The notes under the pieces are model-generated. The model had not been told where the DNA came from. It saw nothing but the letters and a program-made list of their open reading frames with translations, and searched no databases. A stretch of DNA of 64,000 nt from a virus (lineage: Duplodnaviria; Heunggongvirae; Uroviricota; Caudoviricetes), in IMG/VR virus record IMGVR_UViG_3300049919_000418, positions 22,928 to 86,927 of that record; one strand, 5' to 3'. Both the position numbers and the translations under genes were made by a program. This document shows positions 1 through 9,289 of this stretch, piece after piece (positions within the stretch are counted from its first letter, which is position 1; each line of letters begins with the position of its first letter).

Positions 1-15
1 CCACACAGCCAAGGT

Positions 16-3000
16 ATGTTTGGCTTCGCTGGCGGATTTGTGCCTAATTTTGCGCGAGGAAGAAAGAAAAAGAGGGGGGAAAAGAATAGCGGGGGCGCTT
101 TTAACGATGGTTCCGTTTCCCCCGAATGGGCGGCGCGATACGGCAAGTGGAACGATATTAACGACCCAACTACTTCTAAAAGAAAACAGGATCAAGATGC
201 GCTTGCCAAAAAGCAATTAAAAGAGGAAAGAAACGCTCAAATCAGGGCGAATTATGCCGAAAAACAGGAATCCAAAAGGCTTGAAGCGGAAAAAAATGAG
301 CCGGAACCAAGGCCAACCTCTTTTTACTTTCCTGCCTCCCCTAAACTGCCCGGATATAGTAATTTTAGTCGTTACTACCCTGAAAGAGGCAATGGTAATC
401 CTTTCCCGGAAAAATCTAATAAAAAACAAATAGAAATAAACGCCGCTTCAGTTAGGTCTAGCGGCGCACAGTATATTGACTCTATAGATAACCCTGTCCC
501 TTCCCCATCAGAGGCCATTAGGTCAAGGATGCAAAGTCAATTTGACGTTGGCGGAAACCTTCGTGTTCGTCCAAATATTTCCACTGATTATGTTTCAAGA
601 GATAAATTCCCAAACCTATCGGTTTCCCCTTACCTTGCAACTGGCGGAATCCCGGCGATCAATGCTTCCGAACAAAGAAAAAGGGAAGCTAGGCTTAGAG
701 GCAGGGAGGCTAATCACGCTGGATGGCAGCGCAATGAAAAAGCGGCTGAACTTTGGGAATTAAGGAAAAACAAAAGATCTTTACGCGGCCTTAAGGGGGG
801 GCGAGGAAACTCTTCCCAACCGGGCGCTATGTCTAACGAGATTTTCGATGAAAACGGTGCCTCCGTTTCGCAAATGACCCAAGAGCAAAAAAACGCAGAC
901 AGTCATAATATTTTTGCCGAATTAATAGCTAAAAACCCATCTGCCAGTAAAAAAGAGGTGGAGGCTTTCGCGGGCGAAGCTATGTCAAAGGGCGGCGGTG
1001 TTATTGATAAAAAAAGAACTAGGGAGATGGTTCGCGAGACTCGCGGAAATAGAAATCAGAAAACCTTAATGAGAACTGCTATAACAGGCGGTGCCCTATC
1101 TTTTGCAGGATCTGTTGTTGGCGACTCTATGGGCGAGGGCGGACAAAAAGCAGGTAACGCTATTTCGACGGTAACAAGCGCGGCAACTTTTGGGTCAACT
1201 TTTGGCCCTTGGGGAACAGCTATTGGAGTTGCGGTTGGAGCCACCGCAGCTTACTCGACTTATCTCAAGGAGGCTCTAATCCCATTAGGCGACATGAGCA
1301 AACACCTTTCGGAGCTTGATATTGAAGCAGAAAAGGCAAAAGGTAATTTAAGCGAATATCTTGGCGCAAAGGAGCGCGGGGACGCGCTTTCCAAAGACCC
1401 GAACGCTTCCAAAGAAGAAATAAAAGCTTCCAACAGAAAGCAAGCTGTCGCTATTGCAGATATGCCAGAAGAACTTCGCAGCAAAATTCTTTCCGCGAAC
1501 GCAATTGGCGGAGACAAGGGGAAGTCCGATATGTCTGATGCGATCAGCCAGTTTGAACAAAAAACTCAAGGCAAATTAAATTCTGAAACCGCTCTTGCTA
1601 GCGTTACGAGTAATGCAGATAAAAATAATACCGCCCTCGGTTCTTTTTGGAGGGACTTGACTCGTCGTAAGGGCGACGATGGCGGCAAAATACAACTTGA
1701 CGATGAAGAACTCAACAAATCACTCGTTAGCTTTACGCAAAATTATGACTTTAAAGCCCTCAAAGAAAAGGCAGATGGGGGCGGGCCGGGAAACTCTCTG
1801 GCAAAAGCCGCGCTTGGGTTTTCAAAACAAGGGGACTTTAACGGATTTTTAAAAGCCAATAAGGGTCTTGGTATTGTAAGTGATAAAATAATTGACGATG
1901 CGCTTGTCACAACAACGAACGTATCACTCTCTCAATTAACGAACGCTTTCAAAAGAGCGACACAGAACGAAGAAAAGGTTGCAAAAATTCAAGAAGAAAT
2001 CGCTAATCGAGCCGAAAAAACCAAGGCGGCTTTTGAAGATTTTAAAAAATACGAAAAATCTTTTGGCAGAAAAAACGCTCTTGAAGGAACGGTTTCTTCT
2101 AATTCGAACTCATTAATGAATGCCCGCTTGGGTATAGTTGCGAATCAGCCCGGGACTTCAGATAGCGTCAAAAACGCTTTGGCCTATTCTCAAGAAATGG
2201 GCGATCTTGGCCAACAAGAAGAAAAATCCAAACGTGACCTATCTGCCTCCCTACTCAAAATTGTAGGGGAAACATATACCGATAAGGGTCGCGGCGCTTT
2301 AAATAAAGCGGGAGGCGAGAATTTTGTTAGTAATTTCTTAAAAAGCGGGCTTGATTCGGGCAATGCGGATCAAATGCTTGCGAGCCTTCTAAAAGTTGCT
2401 GAAAACTCAGAAGATATTAGCGGCGAGTCAAAAATAGAACTTGAAACTTTAAATAATGAGTATAAGGCCCAGTCTCTCGAAATTATGACCAACCGTCAAA
2501 TTGCGCTTGAGCAACTCAAAGCTGTTCAAGAAATTAGTCGCAAGCAAAAATTTGACCAACTTATTGAATCTCTTCAATCCAAAGATCCAATGCAGGCGGC
2601 GTTTGATAGTCTTGATTTCGCCGATTTGAAAAATAGCGTTTTAAAGCCGGATTCAAAAACCGTTAAAAAGGAGCAAGATATTCGCACCGAAGCGATTCGT
2701 AATAGAAATAGCGACCCATTAGTTAACTTAATTGGAGATAGAGTTACTAAGGCTCAGAATTTAATTAAGCTTGATGAGGAGAAGAAGAAAAACGGCGAAC
2801 AAGGATTGAATGTTACCGATGTCGCAAAAACCAAAAGAGATATTATCAATGGTAATTTTGTAATGCAAAACGATTTTGAGTCAAAAGGAAATATTGCGGC
2901 AAGCAAATCTCTTGAAGCTAAGAGGGCCTTAAAGGAAAGTAATTTTGAAATTGCCTCTGGTGGAGGAATTCAAGCCAGTATGCAGAAGGGAATTAACGTT

Positions 3001-4593
3001 TTGCTTGCAGCGGCAAGTAATCTCGACAGCCCAAGATTTAAAGAGGACAGGGCTCGTTTGATTGATCAAGCAGATAGCATTCGCGGCAGAATGCAGCCCC
3101 TTACTGGCCAAAGCGGAAAATATAGCGAAGCTCAGTTGAAAATTGACTCTGAAATAAATAAAACACGAGATAGCACTTCAATTACCGGCGCGGCGAAAGA
3201 AGACGCGATTAAGCGTTTATTGGAAACCAAAAGACTTTTGAGTTTTGGCGACGAAAAGGGTGCTCTTGCTGTGGCCAGCCCGACGAACGGTCGAGCATAC
3301 TCGGATACACAAAAAATTATTGAAGAAAGGTTAGCTAATCGCCCCAAGCAGAAGCATGCTGCCGCCTTCCAAACTCCGGAATACGCAAAGCAAGTTAGCG
3401 AAGAAAATAAGCGAAATTCTCAAGACGAAGAAATTTATCAAAAAGCTTTGGTTAAATTAAAAGCGGGCGATGGCGCGGGCGCGGCGATTGATTTGGCGTC
3501 ACTGAATAAAAGAGATAGCGAAGTTAATACCCAGTTAGGGTTAGACCAAGAAGGCTCCCGCTCCCAAGCCGAACCCTTTAAGGAGTTCCTTCAAGGAATG
3601 AAGGAAATTCGTGATTTAATTACCGGGGGAAAATCGCCTGACGCGGCAATAAATGACGGGTTAACAAAGAGCTCTCAAGATGCGGCGGGGATAACAGATA
3701 CAAAACCATTAAATCCTACAGAGGGTTTAGTGGCGCAGTCGAATAAACTTTTAACTACTGCCACTTCGAACCTTGGCGTTGATATAAGGAACCTTAGTGC
3801 AATGATGCAAAAAGAGGCGGCGGTGGCCGGGTTTAGCTCAAAAGCCGATACTTACGCTGGAATAGAATCATCTTTGAATTCTGAGCTTGGGGCTTTGAAA
3901 GCAAAATACGGAGATGGGCAGCCGACCACAGAACAATTAAGTTCGGCTAGAACAAATTCCAGCAATGTTGGATTCAAACAAAGCTTAGATGTTTTAGGGA
4001 ATGGTCAAACGACAGCGGTTGCCACCCCTGCGGGTTCAGTTAGTTATTATTCAGGTGGGGACACAAGACTTAGGAGTTTTGGTGATAGAGCGAAAGCTAT
4101 TGTTGAAACGGGCCAAATAGACCCGTATAAAAGAACTAACACAAAAGAAGATTATGATTATATTAAGGGCGAACTCGAATACGCTAAAACAAAAGCGCCC
4201 GAAGGATCGGCTCAGAGAAAAGTTCTTGATAAATTCGAGAAGGAAAACTTAAATGTTTACGGAAGGGGCGCGGGACTTGAAAAACAAGCCCCTTCAGTTG
4301 AAGATGGAAACAGAATGCAGGAAATTGTTGATTCTTTAAAGGTTCTTGCCGACGCTATTTCTGAAAACGCCAGCGCGAGCAAAACCGAGCGGGAAAAAGC
4401 GGTGAAGCTAGAAAGTAAACCAACAGAAGTAAATGTTAATGGAAACCATGTTGTTGAAGTGGTTACGAAAAATTCTGGGTTAACAAACGCAGACGGCGTT
4501 TTAATTGCAAATCTCGTTAAGTCCATACTTGAAGCAAAGGAAAAAAATCCAAACGCCGTGGCGGCTGGATTTACCCCCAACCTTAAAGGATGA
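16..4593 (+). CDS. Tail tape-measure-like protein (probably N-terminally truncated by the window edge)
   Basis: 1525-aa helical, Ala/Lys/Glu-rich ORF with a Gly/Ala hydrophobic segment (GGALSFAG...GTAIGVAVGATAA). The frame is open back to base 1, and it heads a run of structural genes. Confidence 0.6.
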   Translation: MFGFAGGFVPNFARGRKKKRGEKNSGGAFNDGSVSPEWAARYGKWNDINDPTTSKRKQDQDALAKKQLKEERNAQIRANYAEKQESKRLEAEKNEPEPRPTSFYFPASPKLPGYSNFSRYYPERGNGNPFPEKSNKKQIEINAASVRSSGAQYIDSIDNPVPSPSEAIRSRMQSQFDVGGNLRVRPNISTDYVSRDKFPNLSVSPYLATGGIPAINASEQRKREARLRGREANHAGWQRNEKAAELWELRKNKRSLRGLKGGRGNSSQPGAMSNEIFDENGASVSQMTQEQKNADSHNIFAELIAKNPSASKKEVEAFAGEAMSKGGGVIDKKRTREMVRETRGNRNQKTLMRTAITGGALSFAGSVVGDSMGEGGQKAGNAISTVTSAATFGSTFGPWGTAIGVAVGATAAYSTYLKEALIPLGDMSKHLSELDIEAEKAKGNLSEYLGAKERGDALSKDPNASKEEIKASNRKQAVAIADMPEELRSKILSANAIGGDKGKSDMSDAISQFEQKTQGKLNSETALASVTSNADKNNTALGSFWRDLTRRKGDDGGKIQLDDEELNKSLVSFTQNYDFKALKEKADGGGPGNSLAKAALGFSKQGDFNGFLKANKGLGIVSDKIIDDALVTTTNVSLSQLTNAFKRATQNEEKVAKIQEEIANRAEKTKAAFEDFKKYEKSFGRKNALEGTVSSNSNSLMNARLGIVANQPGTSDSVKNALAYSQEMGDLGQQEEKSKRDLSASLLKIVGETYTDKGRGALNKAGGENFVSNFLKSGLDSGNADQMLASLLKVAENSEDISGESKIELETLNNEYKAQSLEIMTNRQIALEQLKAVQEISRKQKFDQLIESLQSKDPMQAAFDSLDFADLKNSVLKPDSKTVKKEQDIRTEAIRNRNSDPLVNLIGDRVTKAQNLIKLDEEKKKNGEQGLNVTDVAKTKRDIINGNFVMQNDFESKGNIAASKSLEAKRALKESNFEIASGGGIQASMQKGINVLLAAASNLDSPRFKEDRARLIDQADSIRGRMQPLTGQSGKYSEAQLKIDSEINKTRDSTSITGAAKEDAIKRLLETKRLLSFGDEKGALAVASPTNGRAYSDTQKIIEERLANRPKQKHAAAFQTPEYAKQVSEENKRNSQDEEIYQKALVKLKAGDGAGAAIDLASLNKRDSEVNTQLGLDQEGSRSQAEPFKEFLQGMKEIRDLITGGKSPDAAINDGLTKSSQDAAGITDTKPLNPTEGLVAQSNKLLTTATSNLGVDIRNLSAMMQKEAAVAGFSSKADTYAGIESSLNSELGALKAKYGDGQPTTEQLSSARTNSSNVGFKQSLDVLGNGQTTAVATPAGSVSYYSGGDTRLRSFGDRAKAIVETGQIDPYKRTNTKEDYDYIKGELEYAKTKAPEGSAQRKVLDKFEKENLNVYGRGAGLEKQAPSVEDGNRMQEIVDSLKVLADAISENASASKTEREKAVKLESKPTEVNVNGNHVVEVVTKNSGLTNADGVLIANLVKSILEAKEKNPNAVAAGFTPNLKG

Positions 4594-6500
4594 TAATTTT
4601 CAATGAAGCGCAAACCCTTGGATATTCCACCAAATTTAACTATCTTGGGAATGCATTTAATTATAATAATAGTTCAACTATTAGCATTAAAGGGCGGCTA
4701 CAAAGCGACCGGGTTTTTGACGGCTCCCCCAACACTTTTTTTGGGCTCGCATATGTAAGTGAAGGTGGGGAAATTTACTACAATGGCTCCCCTCTTCTTT
4801 ACAATGGAACAGGTTTAACCTATAACGGGCTCGAAAACCAATGGACCCCACTTTACGGATCGCCAACCATATCAAGCGGGCTATCTCCAGAAATGTCGGG
4901 CAATCTTTATTTCGAAGGTGGCTACACTTATATAAATATTCAGGATACTGGAAATATTTTATCCGGTCTCTCTTCGGGATCAAATATCTATTCTCCGCTT
5001 TATGACATTTGGGACGAAATGTATGCAATTAAAGAGCGTTTCGCAGATTTCCAAGAAATATTTATGAATGGTGCCTCTATTGGCTCGGGCCGCGTCACTA
5101 AAATAACGTTTCCAGAATCAAAAGATCCGAGAGTTTCTAAATATGAAGCTGAGATTGAACTATATAGAACGGGAAATCTTTATAATTTAGTTGGGCCAAA
5201 CTACTCAAACGTGGTTATAGATAACGATTTTTGTAAATATACCTCGAACTTCAATGGAAGTTTTGACCTTAAAACGGATCGCGACGGGGTAATTTCATAT
5301 GACCGCTCCTTTGGTTTTAATTGTATTGACCCTAATTTATCCAGCGGGCTTTACCTACAAAAGGTCAAAAACTTCGCATCGGGAATTATTTATAATGACC
5401 CCGCTTTTGAAGTTGCTTTCAAACCATACCCAAGCTTTTACCAAAATGAAGGATCAAGACTTTTTTCCGAGAGTTACGATACCCTTCAAGGATCATATAA
5501 CTTCTCTGAGAAATTCCAAGGCCCAACTTCGGGGTGGAATTACAGATGGAATAACAACATGTCCGTTAATTTCGAAAACGAGGGGTTCTCCACCGTTTCC
5601 GAAAGGGGAACCATTATAGGCGTTAGAAAAAACACTTTGGACTCCGCATATGCGGGCATGGAATTCGCAGAAGAAACAGCGATTCAAAGAGCATCCAGTT
5701 TTTTCGCCGCTTACTCCTCTTCATCTGGGGATTGCCTTAGCGGATTGTTTCTTAAAACAAGGAACAAAATCATTAATGAAGCTGAGGGAACGATTGAATA
5801 TTCTTTTGACTATTCCAGTGATCCCCTCTCAAACGGCGCTTTTACCGTCCAACGTGATCTTCAATTCTCAAGATCTGATGACGGGAGCTCAACAATTTCG
5901 GAGCGGGGGTCTGTTCGTAATTCAAACGGCGCTACAAGCCCTTTGAAGTTAACGGCAGCGGTTAATTATTTTAATTCTAATATTTCTGGAGGAATTAACG
6001 GTAGAATTTTTGATACTTACTACTCTCAAGCTTCTGGTTGCGGATGTTCGGGCGCGGCTGCAAGCGGCGACCTAAGAAGAGCAGGAATAGAACATTCATA
6101 CTCCGATTATAACGGACTGTTTGGATACTCCTATGTCTTTCGCGATCAATGCACAAGTTTGACAAACGGAGCCTTCTTCGTTTCAAACGAAAAAAACACA
6201 ACAAAATCCGTTCACAATTTCTTTCTTGGTATAACGCCATATGACGGTGAAATAGCCCAAAGACAAAATACAAGCAGTTTAACAAGCGAAAAACAAACAA
6301 TTTCCGTCCTTTGCAACACAACGGGCAAAATAATTGATGACTATCTTGCGGCGGCAAAAACAAAAATCTCAGTTCCGGATTCAAATACATACTTTATGGA
6401 GTCGGCGGAGTATTCTTTTGAACCCGATAACTCTAAATTTGTTTTGAGCTTGGGCTACAACTACACTGGAAACAAAGTTTACAGCGATTACAATGTTTAA
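4590..6500 (+). CDS. Putative tail/baseplate structural protein
   Basis: 636 aa, S/G/Y/N-rich beta-type composition; ATGA overlap with the tape-measure-like gene. Confidence 0.5.
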   Translation: MIIFNEAQTLGYSTKFNYLGNAFNYNNSSTISIKGRLQSDRVFDGSPNTFFGLAYVSEGGEIYYNGSPLLYNGTGLTYNGLENQWTPLYGSPTISSGLSPEMSGNLYFEGGYTYINIQDTGNILSGLSSGSNIYSPLYDIWDEMYAIKERFADFQEIFMNGASIGSGRVTKITFPESKDPRVSKYEAEIELYRTGNLYNLVGPNYSNVVIDNDFCKYTSNFNGSFDLKTDRDGVISYDRSFGFNCIDPNLSSGLYLQKVKNFASGIIYNDPAFEVAFKPYPSFYQNEGSRLFSESYDTLQGSYNFSEKFQGPTSGWNYRWNNNMSVNFENEGFSTVSERGTIIGVRKNTLDSAYAGMEFAEETAIQRASSFFAAYSSSSGDCLSGLFLKTRNKIINEAEGTIEYSFDYSSDPLSNGAFTVQRDLQFSRSDDGSSTISERGSVRNSNGATSPLKLTAAVNYFNSNISGGINGRIFDTYYSQASGCGCSGAAASGDLRRAGIEHSYSDYNGLFGYSYVFRDQCTSLTNGAFFVSNEKNTTKSVHNFFLGITPYDGEIAQRQNTSSLTSEKQTISVLCNTTGKIIDDYLAAAKTKISVPDSNTYFMESAEYSFEPDNSKFVLSLGYNYTGNKVYSDYNV

Positions 6501-8121
6501 GATTCTTTATGATAATCAGAACCCGTTTGAGGGTATAGCTCCGACTCCGTTGGTGTCAAGAACAATTACGCCTCTATATTATTCCAAAAGACACGGCGAC
6601 GTTGACTCGTTTACCCTTCGCGGAACAATCACTGGGGCTCATTGCCCCGATGGTAACGAATTTTCTGGGTTTTGGGCTAAAAGCAACCAATTGATTGATC
6701 GTTTCTCCAAGCCGTTTAGAAGTTTCAAAATCATTGAAGAGGCGGTTTCGAACTCCAGAACTCTTTATTCTAACGGATTTGCAATTATAAGAAGCATTGA
6801 TTTTGAAGATAGCGTATATGCGGGAATACTTCCGTTCACGGTTTCCCTTGACGTTTTTAGAGAGGGGTCTTTCGCAAGCTATGGGGTGGTTGATCCATCG
6901 CAAAAAATTTCCTTCGATCAGGGGCAAAATGGTGATGTTACTATTTCAAAATCAACAAGCGCGAATGGATTCAATACTAATTTTAGCGCTTTGGAAAACG
7001 CAAAAGCGTTCGTTCAAAATATAACGGGAATCGGTTCCGTTATCGCCCCCTCATTCGTTTCATCCGTGGGGATGAATAGCGCGATTTTAGTAGGGCTCCA
7101 AGAGAAAATAAATAGATTTACCGGCTCCTATCAGGTTGACGAAAGCTGGGTTTACAACAACTACGGCAACAACCTTAGTCATAGTATTTACGAGAAAGCG
7201 GTTACCATTGACTCTGGAGAGGACGGCTTTAGGGTCGCCATTAATGGCAAGCTACAGGGAGCGATAAACTCGTCATTTAACGATTTGCGGGCGAACTTTG
7301 ATTTAATAGATCTTTACGGAGAAGCGGACGAGGTTTACTCTAAGTATTCGCCGGGCGAACTTTTTGTAAAACCAGTCAGTCGTCAAATTACTGAAAACAC
7401 TCAAGATAAGTCAATTACGTTTTCGGTGGCTTACCTTGATAAATTTCAAGAAGACCCGTATTTAATCGATTCTATTTCTGTTAATTGGGAATCAGAGACA
7501 AATAAAACGTGCGCCCAAGCTTCCGTTGAAATAAGATCAACTGATCCATGCCCTCAATCTCGTTGGACGAAAGTTAAAAATTACTCAGACTCTTTTTCAA
7601 TTTCCGCTTGGATGAAAACTCGTTTGGCAAATTTAGGATATACTTTAATTTTTCCGAATAGGGCAACAACATTTTCTTCGTCATTTAACGAACAGGATGG
7701 CTCAATTTCACATTCTGCAACTCTTTGCGACAAAAAAATTACTATTCCGGCCCATTTTGATGATTTCAGTTATACGGCTTCAATAACGCCCGCGATGCCC
7801 ACCTTTGTGCCCTTCCAAGGTCTTGACTCCGGGGGAGATTTTACCGTTCAAATGCTTGGCGGATTGAAGAGAAAAACCCTTACAATTAGCGGAACAGGCA
7901 CAATTTCGTCGTGTTCAACCCTTGATCAGGCGAAAGCGAGCCTGCGCGAACATATAAATAATTTAAAATCTTTGTATTTAACTGGATACGATACGTTTCT
8001 ATCTCAAGATAACGTTCAAACGGGAGACGGGAGCTCAAGAAACAGGCTGTCGTTTTCATTTTCATGGAATCAGATTTCAACAACTGTTTTTAGCGATGCA
8101 GAATTGCGTTCCTCACTGTAA
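6493..8121 (+). CDS. Putative tail/baseplate structural protein
   Basis: 542 aa, coupled to the upstream gene, with a similar repeated S-x-S-(D/E)-x-G beta pattern. Confidence 0.5.
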   Translation: MFKILYDNQNPFEGIAPTPLVSRTITPLYYSKRHGDVDSFTLRGTITGAHCPDGNEFSGFWAKSNQLIDRFSKPFRSFKIIEEAVSNSRTLYSNGFAIIRSIDFEDSVYAGILPFTVSLDVFREGSFASYGVVDPSQKISFDQGQNGDVTISKSTSANGFNTNFSALENAKAFVQNITGIGSVIAPSFVSSVGMNSAILVGLQEKINRFTGSYQVDESWVYNNYGNNLSHSIYEKAVTIDSGEDGFRVAINGKLQGAINSSFNDLRANFDLIDLYGEADEVYSKYSPGELFVKPVSRQITENTQDKSITFSVAYLDKFQEDPYLIDSISVNWESETNKTCAQASVEIRSTDPCPQSRWTKVKNYSDSFSISAWMKTRLANLGYTLIFPNRATTFSSSFNEQDGSISHSATLCDKKITIPAHFDDFSYTASITPAMPTFVPFQGLDSGGDFTVQMLGGLKRKTLTISGTGTISSCSTLDQAKASLREHINNLKSLYLTGYDTFLSQDNVQTGDGSSRNRLSFSFSWNQISTTVFSDAELRSSL

Positions 8122-8164
8122 AGCCTTTTAAGTGTAATTCCCGAAAGGAAGGGTAAGGATCTGA

Positions 8165-9289
8165 ATGAGTTTTCTCACGAAATACATGGAATACGGTTTG
8201 TCTAGCGCGGATTTAAGCGCTTGGCATATATTCAATGACGCTCAAGATTCCGGCCCGAATAATCACGATATCTCTTATGTCTCGGGCTCATCTCTTTTTG
8301 CTTCCGGGCGCGGCGCGTTTAACGGGCATTACATTGCCTTGGCGGGGGTTAACGCCGATTCTATTTCTGTTATTTTTGATTTTCAGAAGATCAACCAAAC
8401 AAGCCCGTGTCTGATTCTTTCAAACAACAACAACTCGGGTTTCGGGTTTTTTCTTGGTTGCACTCAGAATGGAGACTTTTTCCTTTACGTGAACTCCTCA
8501 CAGGGCAAGATTATCAGATTTTTTGAATCAGTTAGAACGGCAAATCGCGCCATTCTTATTTTTTCCCGCTCGGGTAATTATTTTTCCCTATCCTCTTACT
8601 CACCTTTAACAAACTCGTTCGAAAGCCAAACAATAACAATTCAAGAGGCTGTTACTCTTCCCTCCTCGGATATTAAATTCGGAAACAACACCGCATATTC
8701 CCCTCCTGAGTTTCCTAACGCTGCGTTTAACATCTATGAAATGGCGGTTGTTAGCAATGGATTTCCAAGTTTTATTTTGCTCGACCTTTGTAAGGAAATT
8801 TACACCTCGGCATCTTCCCCAAGAAACGATTTTTTGTTTAAATTTGTCTCCGTTAAAGAAAAGTCAGATTCTCTCGGGCTAAATGTTATCACCAATAATA
8901 CAGGCGCAGATACATCTATTCTCCTCCCTTACGTCGAAGCTGTAAGTGGGTTCTCGTATTTCCCTGAAACGGGGTTGCAGGCAGCCCGATTCTATCGAAA
9001 CGGAATAAGAGAGGTTCCAACCATTTTCGATTCTTACGTTAGGTTTCCAGCCCAATCAAGCCTTGACATGGTTACTTTCGACAATTTTGACTTATCTGTT
9101 AGTGTCTCCGGGGTTGGTTCGACATTTTCGGGCCACACAAACGGACTTTTCCCTCGCGACAAGGCTGTTTTATTAATAAGCCCTTCAAGCAGAAGGTATT
9201 CGGGAAATTTTGTAACCCTTGACTCTGGAAATCTCTGTTATTCCAAAAATATCGTTTTTCCAAAAAAATCTAATCTCATAACTATTTAA
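8165..9289 (+). CDS. Putative virion protein (beta-sandwich/LamG-like)
   Basis: 374-aa beta-rich ORF in the tail module, preceded by a GTGTAA box at 8132. Confidence 0.4.
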   Translation: MSFLTKYMEYGLSSADLSAWHIFNDAQDSGPNNHDISYVSGSSLFASGRGAFNGHYIALAGVNADSISVIFDFQKINQTSPCLILSNNNNSGFGFFLGCTQNGDFFLYVNSSQGKIIRFFESVRTANRAILIFSRSGNYFSLSSYSPLTNSFESQTITIQEAVTLPSSDIKFGNNTAYSPPEFPNAAFNIYEMAVVSNGFPSFILLDLCKEIYTSASSPRNDFLFKFVSVKEKSDSLGLNVITNNTGADTSILLPYVEAVSGFSYFPETGLQAARFYRNGIREVPTIFDSYVRFPAQSSLDMVTFDNFDLSVSVSGVGSTFSGHTNGLFPRDKAVLLISPSSRRYSGNFVTLDSGNLCYSKNIVFPKKSNLITI